Part shown: in pieces, positions 22,695 through 33,776 of the stretch | Layout: every line of letters starts with the position of its first letter | How positions within the stretch are numbered: position 1 is the first letter of the stretch | Source of the DNA: Candidatus Latescibacterota bacterium | GTDB taxonomy: Bacteria > Latescibacterota > UBA2968 | DNA length: 64,000 nucleotides | Assembly (NCBI GenBank): GCA_965198115.1 | Contig: OZ240241.1 | Span: 2,784,001 to 2,848,000 of the forward strand | Direction: 5' to 3' | Made by a program: the position numbers and the translations under genes | The notes under the pieces: model-generated | The model's input: only the letters and a program-made list of their open reading frames with translations | What the model was told of the DNA's origin: nothing | Databases searched by the model: none

Positions 22695-23523
22695 AAAGCA
22701 GCCGCATCGAAGGTTTCATCGTCCGCGCGCTTCTGATCGTTTTCTGCGTCGCCTTTCTCGCCCCTCTGTTCTGGGTCGGCGTCACCAGCCTCAAAACCAA
22801 CGACGAAATTTACGACGCTGCCAATTTCCACATTCTTCCGCAGAACGTGTCACTGGAACACTTTGCTCACGTCTTCAGCCAGCTCGAAGACTTTCCCGTC
22901 TACTGTTTCAACACCGCGAAGATCACGACTGCGACCGTGTTCGTCGTCCTCCTCATCTGCACACTGTGCGGTTATGCCCTCGCCAAACTCGATTTCAGGG
23001 GGCGGGACGCCTTCCTCTCCTTCATCCTCGTCATCATGGCCCTCCCCTGGATGGTCATGCTCACGCCCATCTACCAGCTCGAAGTCGCCCTCGGTCTGCT
23101 CAATACGCTACCCGGCCTGATTCTACCCTACGCCGCCATGTTCCTGCCCATCGGGATCCTGATCATGCGCTCGGCATTCATCGCCGTTCCAAACGAGCTA
23201 CGCGAAGCTGCCCAAATGGACGGGGCCGACGAGTTCCGCATCTGGTGGAGCGTCATGCTGCCCATCGCTCGACCTTCGATGATCGTCGTCCTCCTCATGA
23301 CCTTCCTTTCCTGCTGGAAGGAATTCACCTACGCCGTCACCCTCAATTCCCTCCCCAGCGCCACGACCCTCGCCGTCGGAATCACCTACCTCAAAGACGA
23401 GGCCCAGTCGTGGGCTTTCGGCACGCTCTCCGCCGCCATCGTCGTCGTTCCTCTGATCGCCGTCTTCCTTTTTTACAAAAGCGCATCATCGGCGGACTTT
23501 CCGAGGGTGCTCTGAAAGGCTGA
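22691..23523 (+). CDS. Carbohydrate ABC transporter permease (frameshift near 23470)
   Basis: GYALAKLDFRGR and ELREAAQMDGA motifs; the canonical end FLQKRIIGGLSEGALKG* is in the adjacent frame. Confidence 0.88.
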
Positions 23524-23603
23524 ACACGAAGACGCGAAGGGAAAGCGCGGTCGGCGGACGGCGGTCGGTAGAAGCATCCAGCCTTCACTCGTCTGGAAAA
23601 TAG

Positions 23604-23642
23604 AAAAGACTCCCGTGTTGTTTCACACGGGAGCCTTCCTTC
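23604..23642. terminator. Intrinsic terminator hairpin between convergent genes
   Basis: ctcccgtgt-tgtttc-acacgggag with an A-run on the left and a pyrimidine run on the right. Confidence 0.6.
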
Positions 23643-23668
23643 AGTGTATTCTGTGTGTTCTGTGGTTC

Positions 23669-24547
23669 CTAATCGTCCGCAGCTGCTGTTGCCTCTCCTG
23701 ATTCTGCTTTGGCGATTGCTGCGATTGTATGCTCGACATTCAACGCGATTTGCTCCTCGTACTTCGGAAACATCCCGGCGATCGTCGCGTCACCCGGCTT
23801 GATGTTGGCGAATACGTATTCGAACGCCTTGCGTACGTCCGCCTGGGTACGACACTTTCGCGTAGCTGCCAAGAATTTAAATGCCAGGCACTGCTTTTCC
23901 GTCTGGTTGATGAACCGAATCATCTTGGGTGGATCGTCTTCGTTGAATTCCTCGAACGCCCCCTTGTTGAACGGATCGACCAGAGCGCTCTCGCGACCCG
24001 ACCTGTTCAGGTTGTAGAGGCACGTCATGTAAAAATCGACGTCCCACCCCTTGTCCTCTATGTAGTCGAAAACTTCAGGAAAGTGTGATCCGATGCCCAC
24101 CTGGACGCCCGTGTCTCGCATACACTTCAGGTAGTCTTCCGCATCGTCGATCCGGCCCTCGAGCCAGAACTTGTCCGTCCGTGACCCGTGATGGTAGATC
24201 GCCTGCGCCCCTGTCGCCGCGATCACACGAATATTCTCGAAAACGTCGTACATCTCCGACGCGGTCTGCGCGATGAAGTGCAGCTGGCCGTCCTCACGCT
24301 TGAACAGCTCCCGCCAATAGAGAATGCGATGAAAGTCACCCCGAGCCTGGAGCGTGTTGATGCCCTGCTTCTGCACTTCGTGAAGAAAAGCCACGACCTG
24401 TTCGTCCGTGTAATACTCGCGCATGTCCTGGCTGAGCTCGGGCGTAAAGTGGGAGTTTCCGCACAGCGGATTCCCGCCACTCATGAATCTCGTAATCTCG
24501 ATGTCCGAGTTGCCGAGTTTGACTTTGGGTAGGGCGTTCACGACCAT
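23669..24547 (-). CDS. Aldo/keto-reductase-like conserved protein
   Basis: LPKVKLGNSDIEITRF..GGNP N-terminus and CLAFKFLAA motif; GGAGG RBS near 24550. Confidence 0.6.
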   Translation of the reverse strand: MVVNALPKVKLGNSDIEITRFMSGGNPLCGNSHFTPELSQDMREYYTDEQVVAFLHEVQKQGINTLQARGDFHRILYWRELFKREDGQLHFIAQTASEMYDVFENIRVIAATGAQAIYHHGSRTDKFWLEGRIDDAEDYLKCMRDTGVQVGIGSHFPEVFDYIEDKGWDVDFYMTCLYNLNRSGRESALVDPFNKGAFEEFNEDDPPKMIRFINQTEKQCLAFKFLAATRKCRTQADVRKAFEYVFANIKPGDATIAGMFPKYEEQIALNVEHTIAAIAKAESGEATAAADD

Positions 24548-24633
24548 AGCCTCCGCGTTGGATTTAGTAGCAACGTATTGATTATAAAGAGGCCTCAACC
24601 TTCCGGCAACCTCCTATACATCCTGGTGCCCCA

Positions 24634-25781
24634 ATGACAATCACCGACATGAAAGTCTATGCCGTCGACGCGGGCGATGTAGGGCGCGAGCCCGTCACCT
24701 GGACCTATCTCCGTCTCGACACGGACACGGGCATCACCGGGTGGGGCGAAGCCGGCGCCTGTTTTCGGGATGCCGCGCTTGTCTGCCGGACCGGGCTGGA
24801 AGAGGTTCGCGACCTACTGATCGGCGAGAATCCAGCCGACATCGACCGCATCTGGCACAAAGTCTATCGACGCTTCACGTATTTCGGTCACGCGGCTTCG
24901 GAACGTCCATCGCGGCGGCCGTCGATCTCGCACTCTGGGACATCAAAGGCAAGGAAGTCGGCAAGTCCGTCTACGACCTTCTCGGGGGCCGATTTCGCGA
25001 AAAGATCCTCCTCTACAACAACACGTGGTTCATCGGTGCAGAAACGCCCGAGCAATTCGCGGATTGTGCCAGGAAGAACGTCATCGACGAAGGATACACG
25101 GCCTGCAAACTCGACCCCTTCCTCACGATGCGGCCCTTCCATCGCATGCATCAGGACGGCCAGATCACCGAAGAGGGCGAGCAACTCGGCTACGACATCG
25201 TCGACGCTGTCCGTGCAGCGGTCGGTCCCGGGCACGAGATTCTGATCGACGCACACGGGCACTACAACGTGCCGACGGCTATCCGCCTCGCGAACACCCT
25301 CTACGAGCTGTTCGGCATCCATTGGTTCGAGGAGCCCGTTCCCCCTGAATCGACCGACGCCCTCCGAACGGTCCGTGAAAATACCGACGCCCCGATCTGC
25401 GTCGGTGAAAGGCTCCACACGCGGTGGGACTTCGTGCCCATTCTCCAGGACGGCCTGACCGACTACATCATGCCCGACACCCTGTGGACCGGCGGAATCA
25501 CCGAGGCACGAAAAATCGCCAACCTCGCCGAGGTCTACAGCGTACCCTTCTCTCCTCACGTCGTGCCGATGGGCCCTCACGAAATCATCGCGGCCGCGCA
25601 CGTCTGCTCCACGATCCCCAATTTCTATCGTCTGGAAAGTGGATTCCACGGAATCCCGACCTTCAACGAGATGCTCGACGAACCGATTCGTTTCGAAGAC
25701 GGTCATCTCATTCTGAACGGGAAGCCCGGACTCGGATACGATCCGATAGAATCGTGGCTGGAAGCACACCTGATCGACTGA
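24634..25781 (+). CDS. Mandelate racemase/muconate lactonizing enzyme family dehydratase (frameshift near 24890)
   Basis: GITGWGE, VDLALWDIKGK, KLD, IDAHG, WFEEP, GERL and PGLG motifs. Confidence 0.88.
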
Positions 25782-25789
25782 AAAAGTAA

Positions 25790-28048
25790 ATGTCCAACAT
25801 CGAACGTCCAACGCCGAGCGTCGAACGGGGTTCGACATCAGCAGCCGTCCGAATGTGCTGGGTTTCCCTGGCAGCCTGGTTCGCCTGGGCATTGACGGTT
25901 TGCGCACAACCCATAATCGGCTTCAGCGAGACCGGCGCGAATGCGCAGCGCGACCTCGAGGCGCGATTCGATGGACACCTGCACGCAGATTCGCTTCGCG
26001 CGTGGATGAAGTTCATGACCGCGCATCCGCACCACGTGGGGTCGCCGCACGGCAAGAGGGTCGCCGGTTTCATTGCGTCGAAATTCGAAGCGTGGGGGTT
26101 CGACACCCAAATCGAGACCTACCATGTCCTCTTTCCAACGCCGAAAACACGTCATCTCGAGATGGTCGCACCGACACGCTTCATCGCCCGACTGCAGCAG
26201 ACCTCGCTCCCGGAGGACACGACTTCGGGTCAGCCCGACATGCTTCCGCCTTACAACGCTTATTCCGCGGACGGAGACGTGACGGGCGACGTCGTCTACG
26301 TCAATCAGGGGCTCCCTCCGGACTACGAGGAACTCGCGCGGAGAAACATCGACGTGCGCGGCAAAATCGTCATCGCCCGGTATGGTGGATCCTGGCGTGG
26401 CATCAAACCCAAGATCGCGCAGGAGAGAGGCGCGCTCGCCTGCATCCTGTACTCGGACCCGAGAGACGGTGGGTTCTACGCGGGTGATGCGTATCCAGAG
26501 GGACCGTGGAAACACGACACGAGTGTCGAGCTTGGCTCGGTTTTGGACCTGCCGCTGCGTCCGGGTGATCCTCTGACACCCGGCATCGGCGCAACGAAGA
26601 ATGCCAAACGTCTGTCGCGTGGCGATGCCGAAACGCTTCTCAAGATCCCGATCTTGCCGATTTCGGCTGACGATGCTGTACCCATTCTTCGTGCACTCGG
26701 AGGCCACGTTGCGCCTCCCAGCTTCCGCGGTGCGCTGCCCATCACATATCATACAGGACCGGGCCCTGCGCGCATCCATCTCAAACTAGCGTTCAACTGG
26801 GACATCGTTCCGGCCTACAACGTCATCGCTCGTCTCGAAGGCACCGAGGGTCCACACGAATGGATCATCCGAGGCAATCACCACGATGCGTGGATCCACG
26901 GCGCTGACGACCCGATTGCAGGACTGAACGCACTCCTAGCGGAAGCACGGTCGATCGGGCTGCTCGCGCAGTCGGGCTGGCGCCCGAAGCGAACCCTTGT
27001 GTTCTGTGCGTGGGATGCCGAGGAGCCGGTCCTGATCGGATCGACGGAATGGGTCGAGCACCACGCCAAGGATTTGAGCCGAAAAGCCGTTGCCTACATC
27101 AACACCGATTCGAACGGTCGCGGATTTCTCTACGCAGGCGGTTCACCGGCGTTAACGAAGCTCGTCAATCAGGTTGCCCGCGACGTAGTCGATCCACAGA
27201 CTCGTGTTTCCGTTCGCCGGAGGCGACAGGCTGCAGCTATTGTGGGTGGTGATCGGGAAGCGAAATTGGATTCGTTCGGCCTAGGCGCTATGGGGTCTGG
27301 ATCGGACTATTCGCCTTTCTTTCAACACCTTGGGATTTCGTCCATTAGTCTCGGCTATGGAGGCGAGAACGAGGGCGGATCCTACCATACCGCCTACGAT
27401 TCATTCGATCATTACACCCGATTCGGCGATCCTACGTTCGAATATGGCGTGACGCTCGCAAAGACGGCCGGCCGGCTCGTACTCCGAATGGCGAATGCAG
27501 AGCGACTGCCGTTCGAGTTCGAGCCCTTTGTCGAGACGGTCGTGGACTATGTGGAAGACCTCGTCGAGTTCACGGATGATCTGCGGGAAGAGACCGAGGA
27601 TGCCAACGAACTGATTGACGAAGGGCTTCACGAACTCGCGCTCGATCCTACGAAGAGGATCGATCCCCCACGAAAGAAATCCTCTGTTCCCCACCTTAAC
27701 TTTGCGCCTCTGAAAAATGCGGTGGAGACGCTCGAAATCAGTGCGGATACCTACGCCGCAGCTGCGAGGGGGCGCGATCCCAGATCCACAGAAGAACTCG
27801 ATCGATTCCTTTACCAGGCCGAACGAAAATTGACACGCGAAACCGGCCTCCCTCGCCGTCCGTGGTTCCGCCATCACATCTACGCACCGGGTTTCTACAC
27901 CGGCTATAGCGTCAAAATCCTTCCAGGCATTCGCGAAGCCATCGAAGAAAGAAACTGGGAAGAAGCCCAGGACTACATCCACATCACGGCTGATGTCCTG
28001 CTCGATTACGCCCGGCACATCGATCTGGCAGCGGCCCAGTTCGAATAG
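25790..28048 (+). CDS. M28 family peptidase (glutamate carboxypeptidase II-like; PA and transferrin-receptor dimerisation domains)
   Basis: GNHHDAW..GADD, WDAEE, YINTD, GSGSDY, YHTAYD and RPWFRH motifs. The signal peptide suggests a start at 25853. Confidence 0.9.
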   Translation: MSNIERPTPSVERGSTSAAVRMCWVSLAAWFAWALTVCAQPIIGFSETGANAQRDLEARFDGHLHADSLRAWMKFMTAHPHHVGSPHGKRVAGFIASKFEAWGFDTQIETYHVLFPTPKTRHLEMVAPTRFIARLQQTSLPEDTTSGQPDMLPPYNAYSADGDVTGDVVYVNQGLPPDYEELARRNIDVRGKIVIARYGGSWRGIKPKIAQERGALACILYSDPRDGGFYAGDAYPEGPWKHDTSVELGSVLDLPLRPGDPLTPGIGATKNAKRLSRGDAETLLKIPILPISADDAVPILRALGGHVAPPSFRGALPITYHTGPGPARIHLKLAFNWDIVPAYNVIARLEGTEGPHEWIIRGNHHDAWIHGADDPIAGLNALLAEARSIGLLAQSGWRPKRTLVFCAWDAEEPVLIGSTEWVEHHAKDLSRKAVAYINTDSNGRGFLYAGGSPALTKLVNQVARDVVDPQTRVSVRRRRQAAAIVGGDREAKLDSFGLGAMGSGSDYSPFFQHLGISSISLGYGGENEGGSYHTAYDSFDHYTRFGDPTFEYGVTLAKTAGRLVLRMANAERLPFEFEPFVETVVDYVEDLVEFTDDLREETEDANELIDEGLHELALDPTKRIDPPRKKSSVPHLNFAPLKNAVETLEISADTYAAAARGRDPRSTEELDRFLYQAERKLTRETGLPRRPWFRHHIYAPGFYTGYSVKILPGIREAIEERNWEEAQDYIHITADVLLDYARHIDLAAAQFE

Positions 28049-28104
28049 AACGGCCCCGCCGACTGCTCGACAGGGCTGCAACACCAACCGTCTCCTTCCT
28101 GTTC

Positions 28105-28415
28105 CTACAATCGCCTAAGTACGCCCTCTCCTTGGGCCAACGCTTCGTCAGGAAGGGAACGTATCCGATCCTCCAGCCTCCACGTCACTCTGTTTCGGGC
28201 ATTCGGTGACCATTTTGCGTGCAGCTCACAGATCCTCCTAGCGTAATAGGCCGCCCAAACGATCGGGAACAGGTCCAGTTCGTCTTGCGGGAGAGAGCGC
28301 ACGGTGAGATAGCCCCTGAGCAGAGAGACCATTCTTCATCCGTCAGGTCCCGGTGTAGCGGCGTGAGGTGCCACTGCGTGCGAGTCATAACGATGTCCAT
28401 CAGCGCAGGAGCGTA
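28105..28415 (-). pseudogene. 3' part of the IS-interrupted phosphotransferase gene
   Basis: Removing the IS630 restores DFGGCH-YAPALMDIV...LLRGYLTVRSLPQDELDLFP (additional frameshift near 28330). Confidence 0.75.
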
Positions 28416-28553
28416 GTGTCACGTCCCAGGAATAACTAGAAAAATATTCGATTCTGTCGTATGGTTCCTCAAGCACTCATTCTTGGGAGGAACCGATGGC
28501 TAGAGGTCGTCCGTTACAGCCACTGAACATCAGTGATGAGGTCCACGATCAAC

Positions 28554-29927
28554 GAGCTCAGGTCAATAGGTGTGTAAAAGAAATCAGGCGGCCATCTTCC
28601 CGGCTTCGACCTGCGGTCCGGTTGAGTGTTTCTGATCGTAGACTTGTTGTAGCAAGTGTGGCGCGGTGAGTTTCCTGAATCGGCTCTCTGCGACCTTGAG
28701 CGTACGCCAGATGAGAGCCGTGGCGTTCCTGACTTTCTTGAATCGCCTGGCGGCGTTTGTGCGAAGCCGAACGGAAGCAAAGGGGCTCTCGACGACGTTC
28801 GTGGTTCTCAGGTGTTTCCAGTGTTCCTTCGGGAAGTCGTAGAACGTGACCATCCGATCCCAGTTTCTTTCGAGCGTCTCCACGGCGGCAGGGAACTGTG
28901 AGCGATACCGTGCGGCAAAGCGTTTCCGGAGCTTCTCGGCCTCCTTTTTCGTGCCGGCATAGGGGATCTGGACGAGCAGTGCGCGGGCTTCAGCCTGTGC
29001 ACGCTTGGCGACCTTGTCGAGCACGTTGAGGATCTTGTGGTTCCAGCACCGTTGTTGCCGGCTCTCTGGCCAGACCTGATCAACGGCCGCCCAGATGCCC
29101 ATATTCCCGTCCGCGGCGATCAGGACAGGATGTTCGAGCCCGCGATCCCGGAGATCCCGGAGCACCGTGAGCCAGGATTCTGTAGACTCTCGATAACCGG
29201 GTTCTATCGCCAGGATCTCCTTGCTGCCGTCGCTCATCGCGCCGATCACGACCAGCAGACACGCCTTCTCGCGCTCGAGCCCGGCTTTGACGTAGATGCC
29301 ATCAGCCCAGGCGTAGACCAGTTCGCGATTATCCAGACGCCTTTCTTTCCAGTCCTGGAAGTCGACCTCCCACTTCCCTCGAAGACGAGCGATCGAGGTC
29401 GGCGAAAGCGGCGCGCCATCACCGAGCAGCGCACGCAAAGACAACTCGAAGTCGCCCTGGGAGAGACCGTGGAGATAAAGGTCGGGAAGCAGATCTCCAA
29501 TGGCCCTGGTTCTCCGGGCGAACAGGGGGAGGATGCGGCTTTCAAACCGCTCTTCCAGACCACGAACCCGGGGACGCCGGACCTTGATCGTTCCGCAGCT
29601 CGTCGAGAGACGCCGGGGCTTGCCGTAGCCGTTCCTGTAGCCCGTGGAGCTATCGACCTCGGCTCGGCGCTCATACCACGACCGGCCCAAGAACGCGGTC
29701 GCCTCCTCCTCCAGAATGGACTGGAACCGGCCCTGGATCTCTTCACGGATCCAATCGTCAACCGTCTCCCACGTCGGCATGGACTTCAATGGGGCTCTAT
29801 GCGTATGTTCCTTCACGGCGATCCTCCTTCCCAACCGGGCCTCTCACCCGGTTTTGTGTGAATCAACTATCTCACGGGAAGGGTAGGGTCGCCCTTTCTC
29901 TTTTTCCACACCTTTTGATTATAGCTC
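28554..29927 (-). mobile_element. IS256-family insertion sequence
   Basis: 8-bp target duplication CGATCAAC (28546-53, 29928-35); imperfect IRs GAGCTcaggTCAAtAGGTGTGtAAAA and GAGCTataaTCAAaAGGTGTGgAAAA. Confidence 0.93.
28584..29834 (-). CDS. IS256 family transposase
   Basis: YRNGY, WADGIY, ADG, QRCWNH and LRTTNVVES motifs; intact 416 aa. Confidence 0.93.
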   Translation of the reverse strand: MGRRIAVKEHTHRAPLKSMPTWETVDDWIREEIQGRFQSILEEEATAFLGRSWYERRAEVDSSTGYRNGYGKPRRLSTSCGTIKVRRPRVRGLEERFESRILPLFARRTRAIGDLLPDLYLHGLSQGDFELSLRALLGDGAPLSPTSIARLRGKWEVDFQDWKERRLDNRELVYAWADGIYVKAGLEREKACLLVVIGAMSDGSKEILAIEPGYRESTESWLTVLRDLRDRGLEHPVLIAADGNMGIWAAVDQVWPESRQQRCWNHKILNVLDKVAKRAQAEARALLVQIPYAGTKKEAEKLRKRFAARYRSQFPAAVETLERNWDRMVTFYDFPKEHWKHLRTTNVVESPFASVRLRTNAARRFKKVRNATALIWRTLKVAESRFRKLTAPHLLQQVYDQKHSTGPQVEAGKMAA

Positions 29928-30963
29928 CGATCAACTCGAGTCATTGTCTCGTTCGCGTAGCATGTCTCACGCTTTGGTGCGTCGCGCGAAGATCGTCTTG
30001 ATGAGCGATTGCGGTCTGACCAATCAGGAGATCGCGGAACGAGTCGGGTTGTCCGGAGCGTCTGTCGGCAAGTGGCGTCGTCGCTTCTGCGAGCAAGGCT
30101 TGATGGGACTGTATGACGAATTGCGTCCTGGAGGGCCACGGTCGGTCAGCGACGAAGAGATCTCCTCCCTCATCTACAAGACGCTCAAGAAGCAACCGAA
30201 GGGTGCCACCCACTGGACCTGTCGTTCGATGGCCGACGAGACGGGGCTCTCCAAGTCCTCGGTTCAACGTGTATGGAAAGCTTTTGGACTGCAACCGCAT
30301 CGACAGAAGCACTTCAAACTGTCGAACGATCCCTTCTTCGTCGAGAAAGTCAGGGATATCGTCGGTCTATACCTGAACCCACCGGACAACGCGATGGTGC
30401 TCTGTGTAGACGAGAAGAGCCAGATTCAAGCACTCGAACGGACACAACCGATTCTTCCTTTGGGTCTCGGATACGTCGAGGGCGTCACTCACAGCTATAT
30501 CCGGAACGGCACGACCACCCTCTTTGCAGCGCTCAACATCGCATCCGGCAAAGTTCTGACTCAGTGCAAGCCCAGACACCGCAACAAAGAGTTCCTTCAG
30601 TTCCTCAAGCACATCGACAAGAACGTCCCAAAGGATCTCGACATCCATCTGGTCGTCGATAATTACGGCACGCACAAGCACCCGAACGTCAAGCGTTGGC
30701 TCGCCTCACGGAAACGATATCACGTGCACTACACACCAACATATGCCTCCTGGCTGAACCAGGTAGAGATCTGGTTCGGTATCATCACCCAAAGAGCCAT
30801 TCGACGAGGCACCTTCAGAAGCGTCAAGGACCTGATCGCCTGCATCAAGAAATTCACTGATCACTACAACGAGAATTCTACACCCTTCGTCTGGACCGCC
30901 ACGGCAGATTCAATCCTCGAGAAAGTCCATAAACTTTTGAAGCTTATACGCGGGACGTGACAC

Positions 30964-31628
30964 TAGTGACATCCGCCGAAATCCGTGAAGCGCACCCTGC
31001 CATTCACGTCCAGCACCGCGTTCCACCCTCTGACGTCTCCGTGGCACAGAATCCAACAGCACGTAGCTCCATCCGTCACAAACTCACGCAGCTGGTCCAG
31101 CAGTCCACGCAGGTGAACACTCAGATCGGATCTGAGATCCGCGCCCTCACAGTATTCGATCGCTGACAGCACGTAGTCAGCAACCGACTTGACCGTGGAG
31201 GGGAATGGCACTAAGTCGACGGCTGATTCGTGCAAGGCCGCGAGCGCTGCCCCTATCTCGTTAAGATCCTCGAGTTCGTCGGCATCGGTCTCGCCGAGAA
31301 AGGACTCGACGGAGAGGGTGAAGTCTCCACAGCCACAACTGAGTTGCCCATCGATCGTGGGAACAATCGATGGGCAGGGCGCACCAGACCTGGACAGGTG
31401 GTCGAGGAATTCTACGATCGTGAGTGGTGGCGTCGGTCCATCCCACCCCGGATTTGATCGGAAGACCAGACGAGGGCCTTCGTCCTGGTCGAAGAAAAAG
31501 ACGCATCGGCAATTCGCCCGCTCGACCTCCGTTGCCTTCATTCCCCAGAACGTCTGTAGTAGCTCCGTGACATATGCCGGTTCCAGGGTCGGGCCTACAT
31601 CGGATCGGCTTCGCGGGTACCTTTTCAT
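30964..31628 (-). pseudogene. Phosphotransferase (APH/homoserine kinase type II-like), 5' part, interrupted by IS630
   Basis: LAALH, CHGDVRGWN and TDFG motifs; the reading frame ends at the IS630 IR. Confidence 0.82.
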
Positions 31629-31629
31629 C

Positions 31630-32566
31630 CTATTTGCTCGGGTCTACCTCCGCTATTCGGGTCTGATAGGGAAGGCAGGCGTCGATCTCGTTTTCGATCG
31701 CCTTTATCAACGACGAGATTTCTCGTCCCGTTTCTTCGTCGATCCCCGGCTGACGATTGGGTGCGCGCTCGATCGTAGTGGTAAAAACACCTCGACGCTT
31801 GAGTATGTAACGCATAAACGGGTGCGATTCGAGGTTGATCAGCGGCAGTACGCGACGGTGCAATTCACGTGCACGCTCCTCCTCCCCATCCCACCAAAAC
31901 TCGACGACTTTGGTCAACACATCACCCAGCTCGCACGCCGGCATGCATCCGTTCGCTCCCCGACGCAGCTCATCGGGCAGGTTCTTACCCGCTGCGCCCC
32001 CGAACACACACTTCAATCGATCACCTACCCGGTCACACTTCGGAAATATGTTTAGGCCCCGGCGGCCGTTCTTCTTTCACGTATTCGATCTGTGGCACCT
32101 CGTCGAGAAGCTGCTCGATCTGATCGCCCGTCAGCGGGGTGTACTGCCCGCCCGCATTCTGAACGACGAGTGGTCCGTCGAACGCGTCGGCCATTCGGCG
32201 ATGCATATCCATGGCGATCTCTGGCGTCGACCCGACCGGCGGCATCGCAATCACGGCATCGGCTCCTGCCTTGCTCGCGGCGCCGGCGAAAACCAGCACC
32301 TGGTTTACAGATACGCCCGAGCATCCGAACATCACCGGCAGTCGACCGTTCACTTCCTCCATCACCGCGTCCAGGTTGCGAATCCGCTCCTCCTCGCCCA
32401 GATAGTAGAACTCGCCCACCATCACCGGCCAGACGATGCCGTGCTGCCCGGTTTCGCAAACGAAATTCGCGACGGAGCGCAGATCCTCGGTATGGATCTC
32501 GAGATCCTCGCGGTAGGGCGTCGGCAACAGCCCGAAAAGGCCCTTCATGACGTCAAATCTCGCCAT
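31630..32566 (-). CDS. Dihydrodipicolinate synthase family aldolase/dehydratase (frameshift near 32035)
   Basis: LPTPY, GEFYYL..EER, AGADAVIAMPP, YVKEE and FGGAAG..L.DELRRGA motifs. Confidence 0.85.
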
Positions 32567-32595
32567 CCGTAATCCTCAGACGAAAAACCGGGGGA

Positions 32596-32625
32596 ACCAC
32601 AAATGAACACAGATGAACACGAATG
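32596..32625. repeat. Short 10-mer tandem repeat (atgaacacag)
   Basis: aaccacaaatgaacacagatgaacacgaat, intergenic. Confidence 0.65.
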
Positions 32626-32778
32626 GGGGGTTACCCCTGAGAATCGAGACCCGATTCGGGAACTGGTTCGACGTAGACCACACAGTTGCCGGTTTGCCAC
32701 ATCGATCTGCTGCTTCTTGCAAGTGCTCTGGGACAGCAATCGTTTGGCCAAAGGCCGTAGCCTTCGCCCGCTCGGTCT

Positions 32779-33660
32779 TTACCAGGTCCGTTTCTTCAAC
32801 ATCTCCTGAATGGCTTCGCGCGGTACTGGCAACTCATCGATGTGATCCTCGAGCCAGCGCGAGAAATCGGCCTCGATATGGTCTTCCCATTTCCGATCGA
32901 TCTCGCCCGATGTGTAGGTGCCTTCCTGCAGCCGGAGCTGCCCGAACTGGTCCCGCAAGCTCACGAGTTCGGACGTCTGTACGACCGTTTCGGCCAGATG
33001 AGGCGGAATGAACATCACACCGTCATCCTTCCCGAGGACCACGTCTCCAGGCATCACCGTCACACTACCGATCCGGGTCGGGCAATTGACTCCAACCAGC
33101 ATGATCGTTGGTGATGCAAAGCTCGGATGATAGCCACGAACGAAGCTTGCGAAGCCATCCAGCTCCTTGATCCCATCGATATCACGAACAGCGGCATCGT
33201 GGACGACGCCGTTGCCCGACTTCGCGTGGATCGACGTCGCCAGATTGTCGCCGATCACGGCGCCTCGATCGATCTTCCCGAACACATCGGCGACGTAGAC
33301 GTCTCCCGGAACGAGCATATCGATCGGCCACGAAATCTGATCGCCGATGCAGCCGGCAGCCTGGCCTTTCTCTTCCATGATCGTGCGCATCTGGGGCCGT
33401 CGCGGCATGTACATCGCCGTCAACGCACGGCCCACTAGCGTCTCTCCGGGATGCGTGCAAACGAAACCGTCCTCGTAGGCCCATTCGTATCCGTTGCCAC
33501 GCAGGACACCCCACGCCTGCGTGATCGTCACCTGACGCATCCGCTCGAGGACATCATCCGGCACACGCGGTCGGCCATCTTCGAACCGATCGCCCGTCCA
33601 TGCACCGGTGTAGTCCTCCAGTTCTTCCTTCGTCAGGTTGAGTGGGGCGAATTTCGTCAT
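32779..33660 (-). CDS. RraA/HMG-aldolase-like family protein
   Basis: DGRPRVPD, LVGRALT, GDNLAT, VRD and VMPGDVVLGKDDGVMFIP motifs. Confidence 0.85.
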   Translation of the reverse strand: MTKFAPLNLTKEELEDYTGAWTGDRFEDGRPRVPDDVLERMRQVTITQAWGVLRGNGYEWAYEDGFVCTHPGETLVGRALTAMYMPRRPQMRTIMEEKGQAAGCIGDQISWPIDMLVPGDVYVADVFGKIDRGAVIGDNLATSIHAKSGNGVVHDAAVRDIDGIKELDGFASFVRGYHPSFASPTIMLVGVNCPTRIGSVTVMPGDVVLGKDDGVMFIPPHLAETVVQTSELVSLRDQFGQLRLQEGTYTSGEIDRKWEDHIEADFSRWLEDHIDELPVPREAIQEMLKKRTW

Positions 33661-33776
33661 TGGATCGCGACCTCCCTCGACTACGCTCGGGACAGGGTCC
33701 GGTCGCTCCTACCCTATTCTTCCGTGGTGCGGCGATATCGCCTAATTCTCGATCTTCGATTCTCGATACTCGACCT

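Larger units (their letters stand above)
28496..30960 (+). pseudogene. IS630 transposase, disrupted at about codon 20 by IS256
   Basis: MARGRPLQPLNISDEVHDQ (28496-28553) joins LESLSRSRSMSHALVRRAKIVL (from 29936). DDE motifs VDEKSQIQAL, VDNYGTHK and SWLNQVE. Confidence 0.9.
28416..30963 (+). mobile_element. IS630-family insertion sequence, itself interrupted by IS256
   Basis: Terminal IRs GTGTCACGTCCC/GGGACGTGACAC flanked by a duplicated TA (28414-15, 30964-65); about 1.17 kb once the IS256 is removed. Confidence 0.92.

Noticed and set aside
30964-31628. Aminoglycoside resistance gene mobilised by IS
   Set aside because: The IS disrupts the gene rather than flanking it, and the motifs fit a generic APH/homoserine-kinase-like fold.
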